NCBI GenBank assembly: GCA_019912545.1
Contig: JAIOIK010000204.1
Location: 79 to 64,078, forward strand
Reading direction: 5' to 3'
Source: Ignavibacteria bacterium
GTDB taxonomy: Bacteria > Bacteroidota > Ignavibacteria > Tepidaquicellales > OLB5
DNA length: 64,000 nt
The notes below the pieces were generated by a model, which had not been told where the DNA came from, ran no database searches, and saw nothing but the letters and a program-made list of their open reading frames with translations. A program made the translations under genes and the position numbers. Positions 29,526-38,031 of the stretch are shown one piece after another (within the stretch, counting starts at the first letter, position 1; every line of letters begins with the position of its first letter).

Positions 29526-30446
29526 TTGAGCCTATTCAGCGAATATAAATCTTCACTGAAAGCTGTTGAGGTCGAAGAGATCTTCGACCTTATTCTTTAC
29601 AGGCCGCTTGCATTCCTGTTTGTAAAAGCAACCTATTCAATAAACTTAACACCCGATAGAGTATCGGTTGCTGCGCTTCTCGTAGGCTCTACAGCAGGCA
29701 TCATGTTTGGTCTTGGGGCATTTACTTTTCTGGCAATTGGCGCTGTACTTTATTTTACAAGTAATGTGCTTGATTGTGCTGACGGGCAGATCGCAAGGCT
29801 TAAGAAGAACGGCACTAAAGTCGGAAGAATAGTTGACGGTGTTGTAGATTATGTTGTGAGCACTTTTGTATTCTTTGGCATAACTATAGGCCTTACAAGT
29901 CAGTATCATGCACATAATGTAAATCTTTGGGGGAACTCGCTGCTAATGTGGAATCCCGTGACCTATATTTGGGTGATTGGAATATTAGGAGGAATATCAT
30001 CGGCGGCACAGGCATTTTACTTTGATTTTTACAGGAATAAATTCCTTGAGATAGTTTACGGCAAAGCGACCAATATCATCGAAGAGATCAGGGAATACGA
30101 AGATGAGCAGAAGAAATTTGAGGATAATCCCGGCAGTTCCAATATTTTCGAAAGATTCCTTATAAATGTATACTTAAAGTATTCCCGGCTTCAGCTTAAG
30201 ATCCAGAAAAAACATGAAGAGCAGAATTCAAATAAGTGCCCTGATCCAAAAGCTTATTACACTAACAACAAACTGCTTTTAAGGCTGTGGAGCTTTGCGG
30301 GCTCAACAACCCACATCACATTATGCATAGTTTGTGCCTTTTTTAACAATATGGAATTATTCCTCTTGATCTGCATTTTGCCTTTAAATTTATTAATGTT
30401 AGTTTTATTTTTCGTTCAGAAAAAGGTTAATAAAATATTAACTTAA
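29526..30446 (+). CDS. CDP-alcohol phosphatidyltransferase family membrane protein (TTG start)
   Basis: The complete signature D-x2-DG-x2-AR-x8-G-x3-D-x3-D is present in DCADGQIARLKKNGTKVGRIVDGVVD. Confidence 0.7.
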   Translation: MSLFSEYKSSLKAVEVEEIFDLILYRPLAFLFVKATYSINLTPDRVSVAALLVGSTAGIMFGLGAFTFLAIGAVLYFTSNVLDCADGQIARLKKNGTKVGRIVDGVVDYVVSTFVFFGITIGLTSQYHAHNVNLWGNSLLMWNPVTYIWVIGILGGISSAAQAFYFDFYRNKFLEIVYGKATNIIEEIREYEDEQKKFEDNPGSSNIFERFLINVYLKYSRLQLKIQKKHEEQNSNKCPDPKAYYTNNKLLLRLWSFAGSTTHITLCIVCAFFNNMELFLLICILPLNLLMLVLFFVQKKVNKILT

Positions 30447-30456
30447 AAACACAACT

Positions 30457-31767
30457 ATGACCTCAGTAAAATACAAATTATCTTATCTGCTGCCGGTTTT
30501 GTTTTTGGTTCTTTTTTCTTCATCGGGATGCTTTGATGTCAAAAGAGAGATAAAGATGAATCCTGACGGAACGGGTCTGGAAAATATGTATATTACTCTA
30601 GATAAAGATTTTTATGATAGAATGAATACTCTTGCTGATCTGGATAAAACTGGAAAGTGGAAGAAGAAGCTTGATTCACTTAGTGATGACGGGATAATAG
30701 AAAGGGGAATCACTGCTAGTCTTCAGCGTGTTGGCGGAACTTCGGTAAAAGAACTAAAGGTTACACTTAATCCGGACGCCTCAAAACAGATATATCTGCA
30801 GTATTCTTTTGATGAACCAGGCGTGCTTGCTAAAGTTGTTAAAGAAGGAACATTTTTCTGGTCTAATCAGCTTCCCGTTATATGGAATACTATCAAATTC
30901 CAGTATGAAGAGGATAACCTGACTTTCAAACAGACTATCCGTAAAGCTGAACGCAGCTTTGACGATGAGCTTATGCACACTGTGTTTTCTTCTACTTATC
31001 CCGGGAAAAAGATCACATATGCTATTGAATTCCCGTTTGAAGTAAAGGAATCCAATGCAATGACTGCATCAGGAAATATGCTTACCTGGGAGATGTCGAT
31101 AGAAGATGTCATCCACAACCAGCAGACAGATACTGCCGGGCTTGTAAAAGATGCAAGTCTTGAACTTACTTATGCAGAAAAGATAGACAGAACTGTAGGC
31201 AAAGTCAGCCAGAAAGAAAACCCGCTAATCCGTGTGCAGGTTTATAACCGCAATAAGGAGCCGGTCAAGATCGGTACCGGAGTAGTTCTAAAAGACGGGA
31301 TGCTTGTAACAAATTTTAAACTGATGAATCTTATAGAAGGCGCAGGGTATTTCAGTGTGATACTTCCCTCTGATTCACTTGCCGGAATTGACGATATGAC
31401 AGAAAAAGACCTTGATGAAAAGCAGGACCTCGTATTTTTGAGATACGGAAGTTCGGATAAATTTAAACCAATAAAGTACGCTGTTACCGGCAATATCAAA
31501 TATGGAGATAAGGTGAAGCTCTTCTACTATCCCAATACACTTTCTTCAACAGTTTATTCTATGGATGGCAATATTGCAGCTACAAAAAAATGGACGAAGA
31601 AAACCAGTGTCATTGAGATAAAACCTTCGAAGCCTATAACACTTGAAGGCGGCGCAGTATTTAATGAAGCCGGGGAGTTTTTGGGAATGATCACTCAGGC
31701 GTTTGACGGAGAAGTTGGCAAACTTTATCTAGTGCCTGCAGATTATATAAAATCGCAAATGCCATAG
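30457..31767 (+). CDS. lipoprotein with a C-terminal trypsin-like fold that appears catalytically dead
   Basis: It has the lipobox SSGC. The segments 'GTGVVLKDGMLVTNFKLM' and 'LEGGAVFNEAGEFLGMI' resemble S1C protease motifs but lack the His and Ser. Confidence 0.5.
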   Translation: MTSVKYKLSYLLPVLFLVLFSSSGCFDVKREIKMNPDGTGLENMYITLDKDFYDRMNTLADLDKTGKWKKKLDSLSDDGIIERGITASLQRVGGTSVKELKVTLNPDASKQIYLQYSFDEPGVLAKVVKEGTFFWSNQLPVIWNTIKFQYEEDNLTFKQTIRKAERSFDDELMHTVFSSTYPGKKITYAIEFPFEVKESNAMTASGNMLTWEMSIEDVIHNQQTDTAGLVKDASLELTYAEKIDRTVGKVSQKENPLIRVQVYNRNKEPVKIGTGVVLKDGMLVTNFKLMNLIEGAGYFSVILPSDSLAGIDDMTEKDLDEKQDLVFLRYGSSDKFKPIKYAVTGNIKYGDKVKLFYYPNTLSSTVYSMDGNIAATKKWTKKTSVIEIKPSKPITLEGGAVFNEAGEFLGMITQAFDGEVGKLYLVPADYIKSQMP

Positions 31768-31792
31768 TATAAGAGATCAGGTTCAAGAATAG

Positions 31793-31827
31793 AAACGGAT
31801 TTCCTGAAAGGGGAAACCGTTTTTTTT
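31793..31827. terminator. hairpin plus T8 between convergent genes
   Basis: The sequence is AAACGGATTTCCtgaaaGGGGAAACCGTTTTTTTT, a 12-bp stem with one A-A mismatch. Confidence 0.7.
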
Positions 31828-31830
31828 ATG

Positions 31831-32331
31831 CTATGATACAGGTTTGAATTGTTCAAACGCGTTCAAACAATCACTGCAGTAGTGAAGTGAGCGGCAAAGT
31901 GTAGGGCCGAATGGAGATTTCAATAGTGTGTTCCTGCTTCCGCAATGCGGGCATTTTACTTTTTCAAGCATTTCTATTTGTACAAGTTCGCTAAAATGCT
32001 CCGGCGGTGCAAGCCCATGCTTCTTCAGCGCCTCGCGGCCTTTTTCGGTGATCATATTCGTATTCCACTGGGTATCAAAGTTAGTTATAACCTCATATCC
32101 TGCTACGTCAAGTTTTTCGATCCTCTCTTTAACCATACTCTCCATGATCTTTAATGCGGGACAGCCTGAAAAAGTCGGTGTTAGCCTTACTGATACAAAA
32201 TTATCTTCCGAGACCTCAATACCGGTGACAATTCCAAGATCTACAATAGATATAGTCGGAATTTCCGGATCCTTTACATCATCCAGCGCTTTCAATATAT
32301 CATTTTTTGTCTGAACCGTTTTAATTTCCAT
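31831..32331 (-). CDS. paaD: 1,2-phenylacetyl-CoA epoxidase subunit PaaD
   Basis: It has a MIP18-like 'DPEIPTISIVDLGIV' and a C-terminal Cys cluster CPHCGS...CSDC. Confidence 0.8.
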   Translation of the reverse strand: MEIKTVQTKNDILKALDDVKDPEIPTISIVDLGIVTGIEVSEDNFVSVRLTPTFSGCPALKIMESMVKERIEKLDVAGYEVITNFDTQWNTNMITEKGREALKKHGLAPPEHFSELVQIEMLEKVKCPHCGSRNTLLKSPFGPTLCRSLHYCSDCLNAFEQFKPVS

Positions 32332-32359
32332 TATCTATCTTGTTCTTGTAATGCATGAT

Positions 32360-32401
32360 CCTGCAACTTGAAACCTGCTATCTGTAACTTACATCCTGTA
32401 A
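32360..32401 (-). repeat. six degenerate tandem heptamers (minus sense TTACAGG ATGTAAG TTACAGA TAGCAGG TTTCAAG TTGCAGG) in the paaC-paaD spacer
   Basis: Read directly from the sequence. They belong to the same YYNCARG family as the arrays at 33614 and 34088. Confidence 0.6.
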
Positions 32402-32406
32402 CCAAC

Positions 32407-33180
32407 TTACCACTCTGCTTTCGGGTCAAGCCTGAATACTTCACCCATTTCTTCCAGCATAGGCTGCAGATATTCGGTATGGGTGCCCGTTCTGCCGCCA
32501 TAAGCTGGTTTCCAATCAGCAGGATCCGGTAAAACAAGTTTTGCCTTTTCCAGAACAGGTAAAATTGCCTCTATCCACTTATTTTGAAGAGTCTTTTCTC
32601 CCTCAAAAATATTCATACTATTTAATTCTGACGTAAACGGACTCTCTTCGAAAATTCCAAGAGCCAGGTTAAACGAATTGTCAATAGTATCCTGCATCCT
32701 CTTATGACTTTCTTCATTTGCGCGTCCAAGCTGTTTTACCCAGGTATCAGCATGCATAACGTGGTACTTAATTTCACCTCGGTATTTTTTGGCAAGCTTT
32801 GCAAGCGGATCAAGAGAGGACTCAGCCAGCATATTAAACCTGATATGCTCTGCGTGGCAAAAGAAAAAGTTTCTTATCAGACTAAAATCATATTCGCCGA
32901 TCGGGTATTCAACTAAATGACAGCATTTGAATTCATTGGCATTGCGGGTAAATGCAATTGTGTCAGGATCTTTCTCGCCAAGGGCATGGAGTATCTCATA
33001 AATGTGGAGTGACTGGCCTATCTTATCCTGAGCAATAGATGAAAATGCTATGTCTTCTTCAAGCACTGGGCCCAAACCTGTCCATTCGCTGTCTCTGTGA
33101 CCCAGAATCAGCTGGTCGTCCGCTATTTTATACAGAAATTCTTTTACAGCTTCAAGCTGAGTCTTTGTATATTTCATCAC
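32407..33180 (-). CDS. paaC: 1,2-phenylacetyl-CoA epoxidase subunit PaaC
   Basis: It is a ferritin-like PaaC/PaaI homologue ('IADDQLILGHRDSEW'). Its start overlaps the paaB stop as ATGA. Confidence 0.8.
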   Translation of the reverse strand: MMKYTKTQLEAVKEFLYKIADDQLILGHRDSEWTGLGPVLEEDIAFSSIAQDKIGQSLHIYEILHALGEKDPDTIAFTRNANEFKCCHLVEYPIGEYDFSLIRNFFFCHAEHIRFNMLAESSLDPLAKLAKKYRGEIKYHVMHADTWVKQLGRANEESHKRMQDTIDNSFNLALGIFEESPFTSELNSMNIFEGEKTLQNKWIEAILPVLEKAKLVLPDPADWKPAYGGRTGTHTEYLQPMLEEMGEVFRLDPKAEW

Positions 33181-33605
33181 TTCTTTACCTCTTTATTTGC
33201 TTTCTGTACATTTCTTCTTTCTTCTTTCCTGTCTTTAATGCCATGCTCCTGCTGGTACTTTCTAATTCTATCCATACAGTAATAATCGCTCGCCTCGCGG
33301 TAAGTTTTCTCAGGTGTTGTTTCAAAAACATCCTGGTCTTCGTAATCAGAAGCTGTTACAGCCGCGCTTTTTATTACCCATAAATTCGCCGTTTGCCTCC
33401 TTCTGCCGAAAGCCTCCTTGGCCATGATCAGAGCCATCTCCGGAGAAGCTGCGTGCACTATGCCGACGTGAATATGCTGCTCACCGCGCTTTTTCTGGTG
33501 GAAAACCTCGTAAGTTTCCCAGTTTTCCTGTTCTTCCAGTATTTCTTTCCCGTCTTCATTCGAGGGAAGGTCCATTCTGTTTACTCGTGGGTCTATTGAT
33601 TTCAT
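33177..33605 (-). CDS. paaB: 1,2-phenylacetyl-CoA epoxidase subunit PaaB (with N- and C-terminal extensions)
   Basis: The core reads YEVFHQKKRGEQHIHVGIVHAASPEMALIMAKEAFGRR..LWVI. The ATG at 33605 is preferred over the TTG at 33620. Confidence 0.8.
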   Translation of the reverse strand: MKSIDPRVNRMDLPSNEDGKEILEEQENWETYEVFHQKKRGEQHIHVGIVHAASPEMALIMAKEAFGRRRQTANLWVIKSAAVTASDYEDQDVFETTPEKTYREASDYYCMDRIRKYQQEHGIKDRKEERRNVQKANKEVKK

Positions 33606-33613
33606 TTGCTTAT

Positions 33614-33648
33614 GTTTCAAGTTTCAGGCCGCAAGTCTCAGGTTGCCT
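33614..33648 (+). repeat. five degenerate tandem heptamers (plus sense GTTTCAA GTTTCAG GCCGCAA GTCTCAG GTTGCCT)
   Basis: Read directly from the sequence. The array is inverted relative to the one at 34088..34115. Confidence 0.6.
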
Positions 33649-33666
33649 GAGTTCAATAAAATTTGT

Positions 33667-34044
33667 TTATTTTTCAGGTGGATTCTTTTTTAAATAATTA
33701 ATAAAAGCATAAAGCTGTTTAGATAATACAACAAGTTCATTTGTAGTTTTCAAGTAGAATTCTTCGTTTACTAGCCCAATTCTTTTTAGGAAAATGATCA
33801 TATTCCTTACTTCTCCTGTTGATCCTTTAGAGTATCTCAGAAATTTAATCAGATCCTTATGATTATCATACTCAAAACCTTCAGAAATATTGTTGGATAT
33901 TGATATTGCTGCGCGTATAATCTGGTCTTTTATACTATACTCCCGTGCAAATTTTTCCTCTCTGGTCAACAGATAAATATCTTCAGCGATTTTCATCGCT
34001 TTTTGCCAAACTTCAAGATCTTCAAACCTATTTGCCTTTGCCAT
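33667..34044 (-). CDS. four-helix-bundle protein ('23S rRNA intervening-sequence protein' family, TIGR02436-like)
   Basis: It contains FEDLEVWQKAMKIAEDIY.LT...REYSIKDQIIRAAISISNNISEGF......FLRYSKGSTGEVRN. Confidence 0.85.
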   Translation of the reverse strand: MAKANRFEDLEVWQKAMKIAEDIYLLTREEKFAREYSIKDQIIRAAISISNNISEGFEYDNHKDLIKFLRYSKGSTGEVRNMIIFLKRIGLVNEEFYLKTTNELVVLSKQLYAFINYLKKNPPEK

Positions 34045-34087
34045 TCCGGGTTATTGTGAGTTTTACACTTTAATTTTTTTGCTTTTA

Positions 34088-34115
34088 CTTGAAACCTGTA
34101 GCGTGCAGCTTGCAG
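34088..34115 (-). repeat. four degenerate tandem heptamers (minus sense CTGCAAG CTGCACG CTACAGG TTTCAAG)
   Basis: Read directly from the sequence. They lie in the spacer between the paaA stop and the four-helix-bundle gene start. Confidence 0.6.
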
Positions 34116-34117
34116 TT

Positions 34118-35107
34118 TTACGCCAACGGAACTGTATATTTCTGCTCTGCTTTCTGCAGTGCTCTTCTTACCCATGCGCCGCGTTCTTCTGCCCATCTTC
34201 TTACCTGCAGGCGTTCTTTGTTACAAGGACCGTCACCGTTTATTACACGTTTGAATTCGTCCCAATCGGGCTCTGTGTATTCCCACTGGCCGGTTTGTTC
34301 ATTCTTCTTCAAGTTAGGATCAGGAATACTTAGGCCAAGATCCCATATTTTAGGCACATATTCATCAAGGAATTTCCGGCGCATTTCATCATTTGTAGCC
34401 AATTTGACTTTCCACTTCATCAGTATCTCTGTGTGTTGAGAAACTTTATCCGGCGGGCCGTGGAAATGCATTATCGGAGTCCACCACCTGTTGAGAGCAT
34501 CTTGCACAAGCTCGCGCTGTGCCGGAGTTCCCGTAGCCAAAAATACAACATTATCATGCCCGTACTTAAGATGAAAAGATTCTTCACTGCAAATTCTTTC
34601 CAGTGCGCGGCAATAAGGTCCGTATGAACCTTTTGAGTTAGTTACCTGGTTAATTATCGCACCGGCATCTATAAGCCATGCAATGATTGCCGTATCACCC
34701 CACGTCATTGCGGGGTAATTAAATACATTTGAGTACTTCGATTTACCGCTTATCAGATCATTGATCATATCCTCACGGGTTTTGCCCAGGGTTTCGGCTG
34801 CGCTGTACAATAATTGACCGTGCCCAACTTCATCCTGCACCTTTGCCATTAGAGCCAGCTTCCTTCTGAAGCCCGGTGCGCGGGTTATCCATGTTCCCTC
34901 AGGCAGTGCGCCAATTATTTCGGAGTGAGCGTGCTGTTCAATCATGCGGATAAGCTGCTTCCGGTAAGCCTTTGGCATCCAGTCCTTAGGCTCGATCTTT
35001 TCGCCGCGCTGAATGCGTTCTTCAAACTCAGCAAGTTTTACGGGGTCTTCACCTTCGGTTAAAGATGAAACCTTTTGTTTTGGGTCAACGTATGCGTTTT
35101 CGTACAT
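34118..35107 (-). CDS. paaA: 1,2-phenylacetyl-CoA epoxidase catalytic subunit PaaA
   Basis: It has di-iron ferritin-like motifs ([19 protein letters not shown]) and is 329 aa. Confidence 0.9.
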   Translation of the reverse strand: MYENAYVDPKQKVSSLTEGEDPVKLAEFEERIQRGEKIEPKDWMPKAYRKQLIRMIEQHAHSEIIGALPEGTWITRAPGFRRKLALMAKVQDEVGHGQLLYSAAETLGKTREDMINDLISGKSKYSNVFNYPAMTWGDTAIIAWLIDAGAIINQVTNSKGSYGPYCRALERICSEESFHLKYGHDNVVFLATGTPAQRELVQDALNRWWTPIMHFHGPPDKVSQHTEILMKWKVKLATNDEMRRKFLDEYVPKIWDLGLSIPDPNLKKNEQTGQWEYTEPDWDEFKRVINGDGPCNKERLQVRRWAEERGAWVRRALQKAEQKYTVPLA

Positions 35108-35188
35108 ATTATTTTCATTCTGAGCGTAGCGAAGATCCCACTATCGCTTTTTTTGATTAATAAATTATTTCAAAGATAATTTTTTCTA

Positions 35189-35219
35189 TTCATCCGATGA
35201 CATCAAGTCATCGGATGAA
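35189..35219. promoter_or_regulatory. perfect 13-bp inverted repeat TTCATCCGATGAC-N5-GTCATCGGATGAA between the TetR gene and paaA
   Basis: Read directly from the sequence. No clear U-run follows, so it could be an operator or an RNA hairpin. Confidence 0.4.
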
Positions 35220-35227
35220 TTTAATTT

Positions 35228-35812
35228 TCAAGCAATTGATTTAACTTTCAACCCAGACATAATAAATTCCGTCAAATGCTCTGCAATTTCATCCGGCTGC
35301 ATTTTGCCTTTTGGGTCATACCATTCGATAATCCAGTTAACCGCTGAAAGTATTGTCAACACGGCGAATTTCTTATCAGTTGCCTCAAAAACATTTTCGT
35401 TCTCGCCGTTTACAAGTATCTGCGTGAAACCTTCTTCATACCTGTTACGAAGCTTTATGAAATCTTTAAGTTTTAGCTTTGCTATGTGCCGCCACTCCCT
35501 TAAGAAAACTGAAGATGCATCAAGATCGCCAGTAATAATCCGTACGTGATTCTTGATAGCAAGTGTAAGTTTCTCAGCGGCATTAAAGTATATGTCGTTC
35601 ACTTCATCAATTGCTTTTATCAGCTCATCAGCCATCTTGAAGCAAATAGTTTCAAGTATTTCATCTTTTGATTTTATGTGACTGTAAAGGCTCGCCGCTT
35701 CAATCCCCATTGCTCCTGCAATATCACGCATGCTAGCTGCTTCAAAGCCCTTTTCTTTAAAAAGCTTTGCTGAGACCCTTAATATCTGCTCTTTTCGAGA
35801 TAAATTTTCCAT
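35228..35812 (-). CDS. TetR/AcrR family regulator (PaaR-like by position)
   Basis: It has the HTH 'FEAASMRDIAGAMGIEAASLYSHIKSKDEIL' and lies directly upstream of paaA in the same orientation. Confidence 0.8.
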   Translation of the reverse strand: MENLSRKEQILRVSAKLFKEKGFEAASMRDIAGAMGIEAASLYSHIKSKDEILETICFKMADELIKAIDEVNDIYFNAAEKLTLAIKNHVRIITGDLDASSVFLREWRHIAKLKLKDFIKLRNRYEEGFTQILVNGENENVFEATDKKFAVLTILSAVNWIIEWYDPKGKMQPDEIAEHLTEFIMSGLKVKSIA

Positions 35813-35819
35813 AAGTCAC

Positions 35820-35835
35820 CCTAACGTTTGTTAGG
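35820..35835. promoter_or_regulatory. candidate TetR operator CCTAAC-GTTT-GTTAGG
   Basis: It is a perfect 6-bp inverted repeat ending 8 nt upstream of the TetR start codon. Confidence 0.4.
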
Positions 35836-36041
35836 CAAAATAATGAAATTAGTTTGTAAAAGCAAATGTCCTGTGAAGTTATGATAAGGCCGCTTTTGGG
35901 AGCAAATATCTGAAATGGATTTTTTTACTTTATAAAGTAAATCTTGTTTTTTGAATAATTGTGAATTTGTGATTTAAATTCACCAAGCAAAGGAGTAATT
36001 AGCTCAATTTTGTTTTTTTGTGACATCAAACACAACAATTG

Positions 36042-36245
36042 TTATGTTAACAACTCCATGTTCTGTTCATACTTCAATTTCTTATCAACGGTCAAAAGTA
36101 TATCAAAATTATCATCAATGGCAGCCTTCAGCAAACTTCCGTTCTTTAAGTTTGCCCATCCCTTTTCTCCTACAGTAAATGTATCATATTCAATAAGATG
36201 AAATTTTAGCTTTCTTGGTAAACATTCATCTAACAGAATTTTCAT
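36042..36245 (-). CDS. DUF5615/PIN-like toxin, apparently truncated or frameshifted at the C-terminus (67 aa)
   Basis: It reads MKILLDECLP...FDILLTVDKKLKYEQN. After the stop, another frame continues 'NITIVVFDVTKKQN*', which looks like the displaced family C-terminus. Confidence 0.55.
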   Translation of the reverse strand: MKILLDECLPRKLKFHLIEYDTFTVGEKGWANLKNGSLLKAAIDDNFDILLTVDKKLKYEQNMELLT

Positions 36246-36461
36246 TTAGTCCGGGTTTGTTTCAATCAGGAGTTTTTCAGCAGTTTCCAGCAATATAAGA
36301 GCCTGCTTTCTATTCACGGAAGAAAAGTCCTCAAGAAATGTTTCGATAGTCTCACCTGTCTCTATATAGTCAAACAAATTCTTAATTGGGACTCTTGTTC
36401 CATTAAAAACCAGAGTTCCACTGAGAATTTCAGGATCTATATTTATTACTTTTTGACTCAT
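36246..36461 (-). CDS. DUF433-family antitoxin-like protein
   Basis: It contains DPEILSGTLVFNGTRVPIKNLFDYIETGETIETFLEDF, and its stop abuts the toxin start. Confidence 0.75.
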   Translation of the reverse strand: MSQKVINIDPEILSGTLVFNGTRVPIKNLFDYIETGETIETFLEDFSSVNRKQALILLETAEKLLIETNPD

Positions 36462-36483
36462 ATTGTTAATCTAAACAAAAGAT

Positions 36484-36508
36484 ACTTAATTTTGAATCCA
36501 AATTAAGT
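36484..36508. promoter_or_regulatory. palindrome ACTTAATTT-N7-AAATTAAGT upstream of the TA pair
   Basis: It has perfect 9-bp arms and lies about 25-45 nt upstream of the antitoxin start. This is the typical position for TA autoregulation. Confidence 0.4.
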
Positions 36509-36611
36509 TGAATATTTTGATTCTAAGCAAAATCCTTCAAATTGTACAGATTGACGGCAAAATTCACTAACAATTTAATGGATTCCTTCCTTCGTGGAAA
36601 TTGCTATCTAA

Positions 36612-38009
36612 TTAATGTATGTCAAACTTCTCAATCGGCGATTCTATTGGCTCAACTGGCTTCCTCCCCAAAGCAAATTTCCGGTTCTTCCATCTGCCGA
36701 GATACCACCAAATTGCGATCATCACACCCTTAGCCATAGATGTCGAGAATATCGCTATCCATATACCATTCATTCCGTAAATTGGCGCAAGCAGTGCTGC
36801 TAAAGGAATCCTCAGTGCCGTGACAGGTAAATATATGGCAAGCGGCGGCAATGAATTTCCCGCTCCTGCAAATGCGCCGGAAAATATCTGTTCACTCATT
36901 GCGAAGAATATTCCGAAAGCTGCAATAGTGTTATAAACTTTTGCAGTTTCGATAACCGCTTGATCTGTAGTGAAAATTCCTGCAATTTCTGCCGGAAAGA
37001 AAAACAACACTATACTATATAGCGACATCGGTATCCACGATATAAACAATACCCGCCAGGCGCCTTTGTTTGCACGCTCAATATTACCCGCGCCAATATT
37101 CTGTCCCACAACAATTGAAGCGGTGACTGCAAATGCTTCTCCGACCTGGTAGGGAATTGCCTCAGAGCGGTGCCCGATACCAAGCGCAGCAAGTCCAGTT
37201 GTGCCAAAATCTGCTACATAGCGGCTAATGAAAATGTATATGAATGAAAACGCAAGCCCTTCAAGCGAAAGAGGCAGCCCGATCTTTATTGTTTCTTTTG
37301 TGACCTTCCAGTTGTACTTAGTATCGGTAATGATCTTTGAAAATTTCTTCTGAACCGATGTTATGAGTCCGCGCCTTTTCAGCAGAATAAGCTGAATGCC
37401 AAACACTAGTCCGTAAGAGGCCACCGTTGCACCTGAAGCGCCGCTTATGCCGAAATCAAATGTGAAAATTAACAGGGGAGAGAGAATTATTTTCAAAGCA
37501 AAAACAAGAAGCAACAGCCTGAATGGAGTTTGTGTGTTACCGTGGCCGCGGAAAATCGCACTTCCCGATTCAAATAAAATTATCGCCGGAAGCAGAACCA
37601 GCAGCGGGAACAAGTATGCGTTTGCAAGTAATTCCTTGGGTGCGTCAAGATTTGTGAAACTGTATAAAACAGGAAGAAGGGGGATCATAATCGCCGCTAT
37701 GAATATTCCCCATAAAACAGAATTTATGAGATTTAAAGTGCCGATGTGCCTTGCAGTGTCTTCATCCTTTGCGCCTACTGATTGTGAAACCAGCGCATTT
37801 GTCCCTATTGGCACAAGCTCCCCCAGCGCAAATGCTCCCCATGAAAGAAATGTTCCAACAGCAATTGCAGCCAGATGTTCACTTCCAAGCTTACCTATCC
37901 AGAATGAATCAAGTATGGCGATTGCAAGGCTTCTACCCAGGTTCTGAAAAAAAACAGGCCATGCAAGCCTGATTATCTGCCTATTTAAATTTCCTGTTGT
38001 AGTTAGCAA
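36612..38009 (-). CDS. MATE family efflux transporter
   Basis: It has 12 TM segments, and the N-terminus reads 'LAWPVFFQNLGRSLAIAILDSFWIGKLG'. Confidence 0.85.
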   Translation of the reverse strand: MLTTTGNLNRQIIRLAWPVFFQNLGRSLAIAILDSFWIGKLGSEHLAAIAVGTFLSWGAFALGELVPIGTNALVSQSVGAKDEDTARHIGTLNLINSVLWGIFIAAIMIPLLPVLYSFTNLDAPKELLANAYLFPLLVLLPAIILFESGSAIFRGHGNTQTPFRLLLLVFALKIILSPLLIFTFDFGISGASGATVASYGLVFGIQLILLKRRGLITSVQKKFSKIITDTKYNWKVTKETIKIGLPLSLEGLAFSFIYIFISRYVADFGTTGLAALGIGHRSEAIPYQVGEAFAVTASIVVGQNIGAGNIERANKGAWRVLFISWIPMSLYSIVLFFFPAEIAGIFTTDQAVIETAKVYNTIAAFGIFFAMSEQIFSGAFAGAGNSLPPLAIYLPVTALRIPLAALLAPIYGMNGIWIAIFSTSMAKGVMIAIWWYLGRWKNRKFALGRKPVEPIESPIEKFDIH

Positions 38010-38031
38010 GTTATTACAAGTAATTATTTTT

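Noticed and set aside
32331-32537. The 68-aa ORF here and the 67-aa ORF at 33993..34196, with odd 'KLQ/AGFKLQ' peptides.
   Set aside because: They are translations of the heptamer arrays and the neighbouring gene ends, not genes.
33667-34044. Four-helix-bundle protein as the Avd accessory protein of a diversity-generating retroelement.
   Set aside because: No reverse transcriptase, template/variable repeat pair or target gene is present anywhere nearby.
35927-35985. The palindromes TACTTTATAAAGTA and GTGAATTT-N7-AAATTCAC downstream of the second TA pair.
   Set aside because: AT-rich palindromes of this size are expected by chance in this composition. No partner copies were seen on the other flank.
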